Shown piece after piece: positions 30,114-43,331 of a stretch of 64,000 nucleotides of DNA. The translations under genes were made by a program, and so were the position numbers. Under the pieces are notes generated by a model that made no database searches, had not been told where the DNA came from, and was given only the letters and a program-made list of their open reading frames with translations. Source of the stretch: a virus (Duplodnaviria; Heunggongvirae; Uroviricota; Caudoviricetes); IMG/VR virus record IMGVR_UViG_3300031994_002305, positions 229,073-293,072 of that record. One strand, given 5' to 3'. Position 1 is the stretch's first letter. Each line of letters begins with the position of its first letter.

Positions 30114-31301
30114 ATGGAAGAAAATAAAGTTTGTTTTTGTTGTGGTCGAGAGGAAAAGGATGTTCCATATTTAATGGAAGGCAATCACGGATATATATGT
30201 TCAGATTGTATTAATCTTGGTTATAAAATTATTAATGAAAGGGCAAAAGAAGTAGTTAATGATAATATAATGCAAGGAATACCAAAGCCACGTGAAATTA
30301 AAGCTTTCCTTGATCAATATGTAATAGGACAAGATAAAGTAAAAGAACGTGTTTCTGTTGCTGTTTATAATCACTATAAAAGAATTTCAGCACCTATTGT
30401 TAATGATGTTGAAATTGAAAAATCAAATATTCTTGTATGTGGTCCAACAGGTTCAGGTAAGACTTTAATTGCTAAGACAATAGCAAAAATGCTTGATGTT
30501 CCATTTACAATTGCAGATGCTACAGTATTAACAGAATCGGGCTATGTAGGAGAAGATGTTGAATCTGTTATAACTGCATTATATCAAGCATCTGATTATG
30601 ATGTAGAAAAAACTGAAAGAGGTATTGTATTTCTTGATGAAATCGATAAGATAGCTCGTAAAGGAGACAGTGCTTCTATAACACGAGATGTGTCTGGTGA
30701 AGGCGTTCAACAAGCATTGCTTAAATTACTTGAAGGCTCAATTGTCTCCATTCCACCTAAAGGCGGACGCAAACACCCAGACACTCCTCTCGTAAAAATC
30801 AATACTAAAAATATTCTATTTATTTGTGGTGGTGCATTTGTTGGGTTGGAAAAGAAAATTAAATCTCGTTGCAATAAACAAGTAATAGGATATAATACTG
30901 ATAGAAATAATAAAATGACTGATGAAGATTATATGTCTAAACTTAGTCCTATAGATTTGAAGTCATTTGGTCTTATTCCTGAAATTATTGGTCGTTTACC
31001 TATTCTTACATATACAACTGAATTAGATAAAGAAGCTCTTTTAAAAATTCTTAAGGAACCAAAGAACGCTCTTATCAAACAATATAAGAGAATATTTGAA
31101 TTGGACAATATTAATTTAGAGTATACAGATGAAGCTCTTGATTATATAGTTGAAAAAACACTTGAATTTAAGTTAGGTGCTCGAGGTCTTAGAGGTACAA
31201 TGGAAACTGTGATGACTAATGCGATGTTTAATATGCCTTCAGAAAATATTGATCATCTAACTATTGATTTAGATTATGTTAAAAAATATTTAAATGAATA
31301 A
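30114..31301 (+). CDS. clpX: ClpX ATPase
   Basis: C4 zinc domain, GPTGSGKT, DEIDK, RKG loop, GEGVQQALLK, IGY loop, GARGL. Confidence 0.96.
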   Translation: MEENKVCFCCGREEKDVPYLMEGNHGYICSDCINLGYKIINERAKEVVNDNIMQGIPKPREIKAFLDQYVIGQDKVKERVSVAVYNHYKRISAPIVNDVEIEKSNILVCGPTGSGKTLIAKTIAKMLDVPFTIADATVLTESGYVGEDVESVITALYQASDYDVEKTERGIVFLDEIDKIARKGDSASITRDVSGEGVQQALLKLLEGSIVSIPPKGGRKHPDTPLVKINTKNILFICGGAFVGLEKKIKSRCNKQVIGYNTDRNNKMTDEDYMSKLSPIDLKSFGLIPEIIGRLPILTYTTELDKEALLKILKEPKNALIKQYKRIFELDNINLEYTDEALDYIVEKTLEFKLGARGLRGTMETVMTNAMFNMPSENIDHLTIDLDYVKKYLNE

Positions 31302-31303
31302 TT

Positions 31304-33891
31304 ATGGCATTTTTAGAACATAAACCAGTAGATTGTTCAATTCCTTATAAGAAATTTCAGGAATTAAAAAATAGTGATATCATATATGAAATTAATTATA
31401 AAACTTTTGAAATTACACCATATAATGTAGAAAATATTAAAATATCAAAAGTTAAAGAATGGGATGATCGTAAAAATTGTTATGAAGTTGAATTTAATAT
31501 TCCATTATTAGAAAACTATAGACCATTCAAAATAAGTGATGGGAATTGTTATATTTGGCATAATTACGGTGATCATGAAATGTTTTTTACAACTGATAAA
31601 CGTATTGCTGAAATAATTATTGATATAATGAAAAAACGAAATTCATATCAATGGTCTGAATTTCATGCAATATTTGGATGTCCATTAAGTGGTAAATTTG
31701 AACCAAAACATATAGTTTTAAGATAAAATTTCGTATAATATAAAAAAAATTACCTCGATAAATTGAATTTTATCGAGGTTTTTCTATATTATATATATAA
31801 TTTAAAAAATCAAACAAAATGGCAAAACGAGTTTACGAATCAGAACAACTGAAAATGCAGGAGATAAAAAAACATTATGAGTCTCAGAAGAATAAAGTAT
31901 TTGATTATGCTTTGGATGATTTTGAGATTTATGATTCTCAGTGGAAGCATAAAGATTGGAAAACTTGGTGTAAAGGTTGTGGTCGTTATGATCATACAAA
32001 ACAACTTGTTGAAAGATATATTGCTGAGTGCAAGAAGCCCTATGGAACTCGTAATTTTGAATTTGTTCATTTAATCAAAGATTAATTAATATGAATACGA
32101 AATTTCAAATACAAATTAAAACACATAATTGGGAAGGTGGTTCTCCTGTAATTACTAAAGAGATATCACTTAATGATTTATGTAAGTTTTCAAATCTTGC
32201 AACATATATTAATAAGAATTCTAATAATCGTAATTGGAATTGGTTTGGTAATGGCAAGGGTCTTCCAAGTAAATGGGATGGCTCACGTTTTGTACTAGAT
32301 ACTTGGAGACTTTGTAAACACATGGAAGAAAACTTTGATTATAAAGTTGAAGATGTTAATTTGGTTAAAGAATTTGCTCTTCGTTTTATTCCAAATGGGT
32401 GTGATAGTATTGAGTGGATTAAATTCTTCAAAGTAGAAGAAATTACAGAAGAATATTAATATGAAAAAATATATTAACGGAATTGAAGAAGGAAAATGGG
32501 ATTTATATTTGGCAGATTGGATAATGCGCAGATCTCTACCATGGAATGATGACCGCCATTTTCAAACTATTACCGGATATACACAATATGAATATTATAG
32601 ATATTTAGGTATTAAGCATCTTCAGGCTGAAGATACAAATGGTAAACTTTATGAAGTAAAATTACTTACTGCATCAAAGAAGGATCCAGATTGGCCTATT
32701 GTAATTATTGTTTGTGACAATGATTTTGAATATCTAGAAGAATTTAATAAATTTGGTGAGTCAAAATCAAATAAATTTAAGTTACACCATGAATGTCTTT
32801 ATTTTGACGATGGTGATTATGTTGTAACAGAATCAGGAACAATTGGAATTTATTTCAATGATTGGTATCTTCATTGTTCAATTGAAAAGGATGGAACAGA
32901 ACATTTAGAAAACTATGGTTCAGGTCATGCATATAGAATGGCAACACCTGAAGAAATTGAAAAACTAAACGATATGCTTTGGGTAAATGATAAGAAATGG
33001 AATAAAGAAACATTAAAAATTGAAAACGTATGATTAATATTGTAATTTTTATTATTGCACTTATACTATGGGTCATTATTTATATTAGTAAACCATATTG
33101 TTACACTGAAACAAAATTTTGGACTATATTTTGGGTGTCATTATTTAGTATAATAGGTGGAATGGTTGGATGGTTTGGGAGTCAATCAGTAATTTATTTA
33201 TGTGGTGGACATACATTTATTCAATAATGAAAGAATTAATTAGACAACTTGGCGAATACATTAATCAATATAATTGTAAGCCATTAACAAATATTTATTA
33301 TTTCTTATGTTCAATTTACTATGGATAAAATAAAGGCAATTTATAGAATCATTTGTTCTAAGCATTTTTATCTTATTACTACTGATAATGAGATGAATTG
33401 CAAAGAAATACATACAAAGAACACTGATGAATATCAAATATCTAGTATGATACAGTTATATTGGAATTTTTATTGGAAAGGAATATTTTTGTCCAAACCT
33501 GGTAACGAAAAATTTATATAAATATGTTTAATTGGATTATAGATACATTTAATATTAGATTTGATTACCCTTATAATTGTTTACCTTATTTACTGGAAGT
33601 AATAGGAAAGATATTTATGGTAATTTTAGGCGTAGTATTTTTGATGTTCGTATTATTTATATTAATTTCATAATGATATTTAGAATAGGTACAGCATCAA
33701 ATCAAAACTATGCACATGCATATTGGTTTACAAATGATCCAAAGACACCTTATGAAATTTTGACAAATACATATGAAGGTGTTCTTGATTATTATCTTGA
33801 AACAACAGATAAAACAATCTGGATTAAAAAAGGAAATAAGCCATATAAGAAAATAACATTAAACGAATTAAAAACATATATTCATGAGTAA
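31304..33891 (+). other. Run of small hypothetical CDS (31304, 31819, 32091, 32461, 33030, 33321 and further short ORFs)
   Basis: Packed ORFs; terminator and promoter at 31752-31800. Confidence 0.55.
31752..31797 (+). promoter_or_regulatory. Terminator hairpin whose loop is the TTGAAT of an overlapping promoter
   Basis: acctcgataaa-TTGAAT-tttatcgaggt-tttt-CTATATTATAT. Confidence 0.6.
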
Positions 33892-35005
33892 GATAGCACT
33901 TTTACTTTCAGGCGGTGTTGATAGTTCAGTAGCATTACATATGCTTTGTCAAACTGGTGAGAAGCCTGATTGTTTTTATATACATATAGGTCCTGATGAG
34001 AATGACTCATATAGTTGTACATCAGAGGAGGATATTGAGATGGCATCTGCAGTTGCACACAAGTATGGGTGTAAGTTTGAGATTGTAGATTTGCATAAGG
34101 AATATTGGGATAAGGTTGTAACATATACTATGGACACCGTTAAGAAAGGTTATACACCTAATCCTGATGTAATGTGCAATACTCTTATTAAGTTTGGTGC
34201 ATTCTATAAGAAGATTGGAAAGAATTATGATTATATTGCAACAGGACATTATGCAACTCGCGTAGGTTATGGAGATCCAGAGAATCCTGAGTGGTGGATA
34301 TGTCCAGCTAAGGATCCTGTAAAGGACCAAGTAGATTTTATTGCAAATATCAATACATTTTTTGTTCCTGTTCATAAGTTGATATTTCCTGTTGGTAATC
34401 TTATGAAGGATGAAGTTCGTAAGATTGCAGAAGAGAATCATCTTGTTAATGCAAAGCGTAAGGATTCACAAGGTATTTGTTTCTTGGGAAAGATTAATTA
34501 TAATGATTATATTAGAAAGTATTTAGGAAATAATCCAGGTGAAATTATTGATATTGACAATAATAAATGGATTGGTATGCATATGGGATATTGGTTTTAT
34601 ACAATTGGCCAACGTAAGGGCTTAGCTCTTTCTGGTGGTCCATGGTATGTTGTTGGCAAGGATGTAAAGAACAATATTGTATATGTATCTAAGAATGCTG
34701 AACGTAATGCAGAAACAAAATTCAAGATTGGTAATATTAATTGGTTAACACGTAATCTTATTAATGATTATAAGGATTTGAATGAAAATATTGATAGTGA
34801 CATTATTTGTAATATTACATTTAAGATTCGTCATTCTCCAGAAATATATTCTGGTAAACTAAAGTATAATGACAGTGATGATACATTAATTATCATATCA
34901 GATAATCCAATTACTGTTGCACCTGGACAGTATTGTACACTTTATGATGATACATATTCACTTTGCTATGGTTGTGGTGAAATTATATTAAATAATGTTA
35001 ATTAA
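33884..35005 (+). CDS. mnmA: tRNA 2-thiouridylase
   Basis: SGGVDSS, PNPDVMCN, ATGHY, KDQ, DSQGICF, TIGQRKGL, APGQ. Confidence 0.95.
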   Translation: MSKIALLLSGGVDSSVALHMLCQTGEKPDCFYIHIGPDENDSYSCTSEEDIEMASAVAHKYGCKFEIVDLHKEYWDKVVTYTMDTVKKGYTPNPDVMCNTLIKFGAFYKKIGKNYDYIATGHYATRVGYGDPENPEWWICPAKDPVKDQVDFIANINTFFVPVHKLIFPVGNLMKDEVRKIAEENHLVNAKRKDSQGICFLGKINYNDYIRKYLGNNPGEIIDIDNNKWIGMHMGYWFYTIGQRKGLALSGGPWYVVGKDVKNNIVYVSKNAERNAETKFKIGNINWLTRNLINDYKDLNENIDSDIICNITFKIRHSPEIYSGKLKYNDSDDTLIIISDNPITVAPGQYCTLYDDTYSLCYGCGEIILNNVN

Positions 35006-35055
35006 ATTATTAAATCATATATAATTTCTATATCTTATATATAATACAATTTAAT

Positions 35056-35665
35056 ATGAATACAGATAATTTTTTCAAGGATGCGAAATTTGGTGATAAA
35101 TTTATTGATGGTGAAGGCAAGATATATATTTATCATTATAAAGAAAAATATAAAGCAAGTGATGGTAAGTTTTGGGATTATCATTGGTTAATTAGAGAAC
35201 CAGCTTATTATGATAGTGATTTTGATGATGATAAATTTTATTATCATCCTTACGATTCATTTGTATTTATTGATGGATATGGAATACCAACTAACTTGAA
35301 ATATTATTCTATTAAAAGTTTAAAAGAAAGTCCAAATGAAAAACATTTAATAATTGGTAAATATGAATAAAGATAAGAAAATGCAAATAAGTAAGGCTAT
35401 AGCAAGACAAATCTTGCTAGCACTTAAAAATGAAGATTGCTTTGATGGTTTTGTTACAAGATTCTTCACACGTGCAAAATGCATCAATTATCTTCAGAAG
35501 AATATAAATGAATACTTCCATAAAGGAGAAGTACAGTTAATCAATTGGAATAAAAATACATGGTTAGATATTTTTGATGATAATATTCTTGTAGATACAT
35601 TAGTGTTCTACATGCAAGAATTTAATTTAGCTAAAGAAATAGAAAAAGAAAATGGAAAAAAATAA
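35056..35665 (+). other. Two hypothetical CDS (35056..35370, about 35363..35665)
   Basis: ORF track. Confidence 0.5.
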
Positions 35666-36614
35666 CCAATATAATAAAAGAATAATTCCTATTGAATTTC
35701 ATATATTAATGGGTTTGCCTGGTAGTGGTAAAACATATTGGGCAACTCATCATTATCCAACATCCAATTTTTGTTATCATTCAGGAAGAATGATAGTTGA
35801 TTTAGATAAGCATTTAAATGATAAAGATAAAGAAAATTGGATATGGAATGCTTTAGATGATGAATTTAAGAATTATATGAAATATTGTCATGTTGATAAA
35901 CTTGACGTATGTATTGATGGACCTATAACTACTTATGAACATCTATATAAAGTTATTGATGATATTATTTCATATTTGAAATTATATTGTAAGTGGAAAA
36001 ATGATGATTATGGAGATTATTCATTTTCATTCATTATTCACCAATGGGATGATAATAGGGAATATTGTATTCATAACGACGAAATGCGTGGTCGTGCTAT
36101 TAAAGCCAAGCAAACTATTAGATATGGAGAATATGATGTAATTGATTCACAGATAGTTAAAAAAGAATTAATTAATAAATATCCAAACTTGGAACGAACT
36201 ATTAAACATGTTAAACGAATAGGACATATTGTGGAAAAGACAACGAGATATCAGCAAGAGTTTGAACCTGCCTGTGATAACAAGTATGGTCATGGCAATG
36301 ATGAGCAAGGTAGATATTTATATTCTGAAGAATGGTCATTAGGAGGAGAATGGGGTAACTGCTGGGGAGGTCATGGCTCAGTAACTGGTGAACAGGCAAA
36401 GGAATTTGTAGAGTTAGATGATTTCCTTGAAAAAGTAGCTCCAAATATTACATTCTTACAATATAAAAAGATTCGTAACCATTGTGTTGAACAAATAGAA
36501 TGGCACGTACATGACTATTATAGTTCAGGTACAACAGATGCATGTTGGAGATGTGATATGAAAGAATTGTATAATCTTCTTAAAGAAATGAATTATATTG
36601 GAGACTATGAATAA
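35652..36614 (+). CDS. P-loop kinase-like (AAA_33/PNK-like) domain fused to an unknown C-terminal domain
   Basis: LMGLPGSGKT, VDLD, CIDG. Confidence 0.6.
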   Translation: MEKNNQYNKRIIPIEFHILMGLPGSGKTYWATHHYPTSNFCYHSGRMIVDLDKHLNDKDKENWIWNALDDEFKNYMKYCHVDKLDVCIDGPITTYEHLYKVIDDIISYLKLYCKWKNDDYGDYSFSFIIHQWDDNREYCIHNDEMRGRAIKAKQTIRYGEYDVIDSQIVKKELINKYPNLERTIKHVKRIGHIVEKTTRYQQEFEPACDNKYGHGNDEQGRYLYSEEWSLGGEWGNCWGGHGSVTGEQAKEFVELDDFLEKVAPNITFLQYKKIRNHCVEQIEWHVHDYYSSGTTDACWRCDMKELYNLLKEMNYIGDYE

Positions 36615-37309
36615 TCACTTTGAATCTGTAGAGGAAAGAGTTCGTAATGGCATTAGTCTAATGTGGAACATGGCATCAATTATTAAAGATCTTCAGGATC
36701 CTAATAAGACATTAAAAGAAAAACAAATTTTATATAATTATATTATTGGTGATTCTAGTATACCTGATATAATGCGTAAAAATATGGAGTATCTTATTAA
36801 TGTTGCTAAAGAAGTAGATAAAGCATTACCTAAAGATTTTTCAATAAATGAATTAGTAGATTATGAAGGAATGTAATTTAAAACAAGTACCTGAAGTTGG
36901 TAAATTTTATCATTTTTGGGATGACGGTAAAACTAGTGCTAGTAGACATTATATAGCACGTTGTGATGAAATTATCTATATTAAGGATGCTAGAAATATT
37001 AAAGTAAAATGTGATGACAAAGAGATATCATTGTTAGATATATGGATATCTGAAAAAACTAATCACCCATGGATAATGCGAGGAACAACTGATTATATTA
37101 TCAAATGTTCAATTCCTGTATATGATGAAGATCCAATTTATTTTGCTCGTGCCACTGATGGCGGATGGTTTAGTATGAATGTAACAGGATGGTGGCAAAG
37201 TGGCAGATTAGACATAGATGATTCCATATATAATTCTATTATTGATGAATGCTATAATAATGGATGGGATTATACTGTTTATACAAATGCAAAATATGAA
37301 AGATCATAA
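36598..37309 (+). other. Two hypothetical CDS (36598..36876, 36863..37309)
   Basis: ORF track. Confidence 0.55.
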
Positions 37310-37334
37310 TTAAGCAAATACTATTAGATTAATA

Positions 37335-37380
37335 ATTGACATCATTAGCTATATCTAGATGACGTGCTAATGATGTCAAT
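37335..37380. terminator. 15-bp inverted repeat
   Basis: attgacatcattagc / gctaatgatgtcaat; no clear U tract. Confidence 0.5.
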
Positions 37381-37469
37381 GACTTATATTATATAATTTT
37401 ATATTTTATGAAAATATGTAAAAATAATGCATTAATGAGGATATTTGCATATTAAAATATAAATATTAT

Positions 37470-37504
37470 TTGAATTTTTTAAAATAAGTACTATATTATA
37501 TTTG
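37470..37504 (+). promoter_or_regulatory. Conserved phage promoter
   Basis: TTGAAT-N15-CTATATTATATTTG. Confidence 0.75.
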
Positions 37505-37526
37505 TAATAAAAATCGTTAAAGAAAT

Positions 37527-38749
37527 ATGGAACATCAATCAAATTGTATTGCTTATGTATTGACAGCAACTGATAAAGTTACTGGATTATTTCACGGATA
37601 TTATTCTAAAGGTGATACATTTATTCAGACAACTGCTTCTATTTGGTTTGCAAAGTTTTATCTTGGAAAACAAGGAAAAGGAATTAAGAATGCACTTGCA
37701 AACTGTACGAAACGTTGCGGATATGATACTCGTACTGGACATGATCTTTCTTGGAAAGTTCAAATGGTTTCTATGAATGCCCCTATTGATATTGATGAAA
37801 ATACATTTTAATTATGACTACGTATAAGATTGAAAAGAAAACATTTTATGGTATTAATAAAAATGGTGAGATCAATGAAGAATCACTATATAGACCTTAT
37901 GTAAAGCATTGGTGGGGTTGGGAACAACTTAAAGAATATAATATGTATAATGATGGGTCTATTTCTTTAGGATCTGGAGTAGCATTTAAATATATTGAAA
38001 ATGCTGAAAAATTCATACAGGGTTATCATAAGAATAGACATAAAATTGGTACATATACAATTGAAACTGTAGAATATATTAGATATTAATTATGTTTAAT
38101 AAAACGATACAAAATAATAAGCAGACCAATCATCAAGAAGTAAATATTAATGAAGCAAGCACAGGTCAGCTTACAAGAATTAGTAAGACTTCAAAATTAA
38201 TACGTTTTCAAGAAGGTTCGCAAATGGAAAAACAATTTTTTTGTGATGAACCTTATATTAAGAAACCCATTCGTAAATGGCGTAAAGAATTTGGAATTGA
38301 AGTGCCCTATGACAGTTACGAGCATTATAATATCGATATTTTACAAGTATTAGTTTTTGGTGATAACCAATATTTGGTAGAATACGAAATTGGTGAAAAA
38401 CGTTGGTAATATGAAAAAGAAATCAAAAGTAGATAATAAGATTAATCGTTGGAAAAGAACAGGATCTTATACATATCAAAAACAATTGCCTTATAAAGAC
38501 AATAGAATGATCTATGGAGAAAACCTAAATTCTGATGGATATTGGGATAAACCTATTTCTACAGGAGAAGGTATTGAATGGTGTAGAGAGGTACGTGTTC
38601 CATCATTAAAACGTAAATCTGCATGGAAACGATTTTATAAATTATTTCCACATCTTAAAGGAAAGAAAATTATTCGCGGAAGTTCACAACCTATGCATGC
38701 TTATGGTGTAAATGCAAGTACAATTAAATTAAAGAAAGTTAAGAAATGA
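37527..38749 (+). other. Four small hypothetical CDS (37527, 37814, 38092, about 38411)
   Basis: Packed ORFs after the promoter. Confidence 0.55.
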
Positions 38750-39369
38750 AAAATAAACAATTTATATATACAGATAAAGATGCGGAGAAAATGTTCTTTA
38801 CATCTGATACACATTTTTGTCATGAGAACATAATTAAGTATTGTAAGCGTCCATTTGCAAATGTAGCTGAAAATGATGAAGAGATAATTCGTCGTTGGAA
38901 CGAAAAGGTTCCTGAAGATGGTATTGTATTTCATCTTGGTGATGTGGCGTTTGGTGATCCTGAAAGAGTTGATAATATTCTTGAACGTCTTAATGGTACA
39001 ATTTATCTTGTAATTGGTAATCATGATTGGCGTAGAATTGTCAATAATCATAAATGGAGATTCGAGATGATGACACAACAAATCAATATGAAGATTGGTA
39101 AGCGTCATATTATTTTGAATCATTATCCTATGCTTGCGTTTTCAGGAGCATGGCGTGGTGAAGATGCAACATATCAATTGTTTGGTCATGTTCATACATC
39201 TCCTTATACTGATGAGGGTCTTGACCAACAGAGAATGAAATATTTGTTTACATCTCAATATGATGTAGGTGTTGATAATAACAATTTTACTCCTATTAGC
39301 TGGAAGGAAGTTGACCAAATTATCAATAATCAAATGATGAGTTTAGGAATGTGTCGTAATACAATTTAA
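38746..39369 (+). CDS. Calcineurin-like metallophosphoesterase
   Basis: SDTHF, HLGD, GNHD, HYP, GHVH, DVGVD. Confidence 0.9.
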   Translation: MKNKQFIYTDKDAEKMFFTSDTHFCHENIIKYCKRPFANVAENDEEIIRRWNEKVPEDGIVFHLGDVAFGDPERVDNILERLNGTIYLVIGNHDWRRIVNNHKWRFEMMTQQINMKIGKRHIILNHYPMLAFSGAWRGEDATYQLFGHVHTSPYTDEGLDQQRMKYLFTSQYDVGVDNNNFTPISWKEVDQIINNQMMSLGMCRNTI

Positions 39370-39371
39370 TT

Positions 39372-42300
39372 ATGCAAGTACAATTTGATATTAAATGCAC
39401 TGTTAATCTTGATTTTAATAATAAGGACAGTTACTATTACGAAGAATATCGTAATAGAATTAATAAGATGAGCAATGATGAATTAAAAGAATTGCTTATG
39501 GATCATTTGGATTGTTGTGAAATGACAGCAAGATGCGAATTGAATCGTTATGGATTTTTTGATAACATACAAATAAGTCAAATTAATATTGTTAAGAATT
39601 AATATGAATGATTGGTATGTAATTACAAATGCAGATAAAGATGTATTTGTTGGACAGGACGAAAATGGTGGAGTTAAAATGACAATGTTTTTACCATCTG
39701 CATTAATTGGACCGTATGCATTTCTTGAAATGTTTATGAAATTGCATATTGATGAACATGCTCGTAATATATTACATATTAGAAAAATTAAGTTAGTATG
39801 ACAAGAAAAGATATAAGCGTTATATTTATATGTTTATATATGATTAGTGTTAATTTAATTTGTTGGTATCTGTTTGGGCGAGAAATTGGATTAACAATAG
39901 GAAATATATTTGGGATAGGAACAGTTGCATTATTTGTATTTTGGGTTAAATCAAATAAGAAAGTTGATAAATGGCTAGAAACAAAGATATGATTGAAGAT
40001 AGTATTTGGTTGAGATCTAAAGAGGAACAGAAATTTATCATTGAACATAATATAATGATAAAAAATTTGGGAGTATTTGAAAAGTGGTTAAATTTGAAAT
40101 ATCAAGCATCAAAAGAATATGGAGATGTTGAAGAATGGGGAGTATGGGAAGAAGTAATTAATAAATTTGATGAATTATTCAATGAAAACTGAGGATTATA
40201 AAATAATTGATAATGGACTATGGATTTCTGAAAAGGAATTAAATAGATTATTGAAAGAAAATATTAAGCTTCGAAATGATTCACCTGATTGGCAAATCAA
40301 AAAGAATTGGATGCATCAAGGTGCGGAATATATTTGGTTTAATCCATGGAATAGACATTTAAATGGTCGTATAGGAATATTGCAAGAACTAAAAAAGAAA
40401 TACGATGAAAACAGAGGTAAGACAAAAAACCGTTGATTATAAAGTATTTATCGCAGATGATGGACAAGAGTTTGACACAAAAAAGGAATGTGTTCATCAT
40501 GAAAGAATACTTAAAGGTGAAATAAAAGTATGTCCTGAATGTAATGGTGAAGGAAGAACTTCAGAATGGGAAGATTGGGAAAATTATCATACTGGAGCAC
40601 CTGAGAAAACATTGATACATCCTATATGTAAAACTTGTCATGGTAAAGGATTTTTAGAAAAAAAGAAAGTTTGGGTATGAATAGAGATCAAATTGTAAAG
40701 TTATATTTAGGTCAATGTCATTATGCATCAGTATATTTACATGATATTAAGAATATGGAACAAAAAGGTGCATACTGGCATATAGAATTATTTGATGGTG
40801 ATATATTTGAAGACTGCAATATGGTAGTTATAACTAGTGATCTATTTGAAGAAATAGGTTATTTTTCAAAATAATATGAAAGCAAAAGTAAAAGAAACTG
40901 GTGAGATAATCGATGTTAGTTGTCTATATCCAACAACATATTCAAGATTAGATTATAATGGACAGATAATTGAAGAATATGATGAAGATGAATTAGAATT
41001 TGAAAGACACAAAACATATATTTATATTGTCGCAAGACCATTTGATGAATTTAAAATGTTCATTCCTCAGTATATAACAACTCATAAAAAGAAAGCACAA
41101 ACTTTTTGGCATCGTTATAGTGATGAATCTATACAAATGGTAATCTTTGCAAAAGAATGGAATCCATCTGATAACAATATTCTTTTTAATTATTGCGAGC
41201 TGTGTGGAGAAGAAGATGACATGTGTGAAAACAATACTCTTTATAATAAATATGAAGAGTTTATGAATATGTCTGAAGAAGAAGCTTCTTTATATTGGTC
41301 TGGAGATGAGAATGAAGAGAAATCAGATTCAGGAATGTGGAACCCTAAAATTTGGTTGTTATGAGTTATACAGAATTTCATAAAGGAAAACTTCGTGTGT
41401 TAACACGTAGTACAAAAGAAACATTAGATTATATTGAAAAGAATAATCTACAAGAAGTCATTAAAGAAGATTCATATTGTTATGAAACGGATTTTGATGT
41501 TCAACCAGATTATGAAGATAAATATATAATTCTACATAAAGATGCAAAATTTCATGGTGATGGAGTTGAGCATATGCTTTGTGAGTTTTTAGATCATGTT
41601 GAACGTGAAGGTGGAGATGATGAATTATGCGAAATTAAGCGCGTAAGTCAAGATGAATATGAATTTTTATGTGGATTCTATAATGGTGGCACTTGGCTTG
41701 GAGAAATTTTAAGTGAAGAAATATCAAGGTTAGAAAAACAAGAATGGAATTCTAATGAAGATACGATAACAATTACATCAAGAGAATCACATATGATTAT
41801 GGATTGTATTAATTATGTATTAAATAATATGATAATTAATGGCATGGATTATTTATACTGTAATTATTCTAGAGAAGAGATTGCTAAATGCGGACAACGT
41901 TTTGGAGATTTAAATTTAAAAAATCAATGGTAATATGAAAAATAAAATATTTTCCGTAAGAGAATTTAATGCGGAGAAAAATATGCTTGATTTTATAAAT
42001 AATAGTGATACGAAAGAACCCATATCAGTTATTAAAGAAAATAATATCTATAAACTTTATTATATTTGGTAATGAAACTAAAACAATTTATAAAAAATAG
42101 TATTATAATTTTTATAATGACATTATGTTTATATTCATGTCAAGATATTCATAAATATAATGTTCATCTTAATTATACAATATGTTATCCAGATACGTCA
42201 ATAACATATGATACTATAATGACATGTACATATGATAAAGGGTTTCCTACACCAAAGTGGCAACGTATAGAAAATTTTAATGTATGTCTAACATCTGGAA

Positions 42301-42831
42301 AAGGCACAAATTATTTAAAAGTATATCCTGGTAATAATTATATTGTAGCAACAACAGCACCTATTCGTTTAAATACATATAAATTATTAAGTGATGATAA
42401 CGAGAAATGAAATAATAGAACTAGTAGAAAATCACATTAAAGAAAATGCAGATTTATTTAAAGTAGGTGAATTAACATATGAAGAACTTCATAACTATCA
42501 ATATATATTATTTAGTATATTAGAAGATCTTAAAGTTAAAGACACAGTATATGTTATTGAATATAATGCATATGAATGTGACGGTTATTTTTCGGGTGAT
42601 ACACGTCCAATTTATGTTTCATTTAAAGAAGATCGTCGTGATTCTGAATGGAATAGAATTATTAACGATGCAAAATCTGATGTAAAGAAATGGTCAAAAG
42701 AGGATGATTCTGAATATGCAGAAATTTGGGAAGATACTCCTGAAAGATTTAAATATACAATAGGTAAATGGGTATATACATATGAGAAATATAAATATCC
42801 ATTAGATAAGAATATACAATATAATAATTAA
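39372..42831 (+). other. About 12 small hypothetical CDS, including a DnaJ-type zinc-finger protein (40405..40680)
   Basis: CPECNGEG...CKTCHGKG; tightly overlapping ORFs. Confidence 0.55.
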
Positions 42832-42853
42832 GGGAATCATAAATGATTCCCTT
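42830..42853. terminator. Bidirectional terminator
   Basis: aagggaatcat-aa-atgattccctt between convergent genes. Confidence 0.75.
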
Positions 42854-43296
42854 TAAATATCTTTATAATATTGAATCCAATCATTTGGATCATCTTCTAC
42901 TTTTTTAATATATTCTTCTATTTTATTTAATCCATCAACAATAGCATGTGCAAATTTATTTGTTTTTAGATCACATAATGGATCATCATCATATGTAACT
43001 CCACCAATTTTTCCAACCCAAAGTTTCCATGTATCATTGTCTTTATCATATCCTAATAAAAATGACATAGACATTTTACGTGATTTATCTTCGTGTTTAT
43101 ATTCTATTTTTTGATATTGCTCATTATCTTTAAGCCATGTTACTTTTTTATCAGGTTCTTTCCAAATCGTAAACTTAATTTCGCCACGATGATTTAATTC
43201 TTCGTCTTGTCCTTCAGAATTTTTATCGTTAGTTTCATGTTGTTCAATTTGTTCAGAATTTTCAGCTTCCAATATATAATCTTTTAATCTCTTCAT
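42853..43296 (-). CDS. Leader-tagged putative internal head protein (MKRLKDYILE/A)
   Basis: Leader motif; isolated between two terminators. Confidence 0.65.
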   Translation of the reverse strand: MKRLKDYILEAENSEQIEQHETNDKNSEGQDEELNHRGEIKFTIWKEPDKKVTWLKDNEQYQKIEYKHEDKSRKMSMSFLLGYDKDNDTWKLWVGKIGGVTYDDDPLCDLKTNKFAHAIVDGLNKIEEYIKKVEDDPNDWIQYYKDI

Positions 43297-43331
43297 TATT
43301 GATTTACATTTTATTATATATAAAAATAATA

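Noticed and set aside
32461-33033. MKKYINGIEE/G as another capsid-targeting leader
   Set aside because: It has I8 and E10 but Gly at position 7 and lies in an early-type operon; may be chance. Similar near-misses at 13823, 46603 and 49502 lack Glu10.
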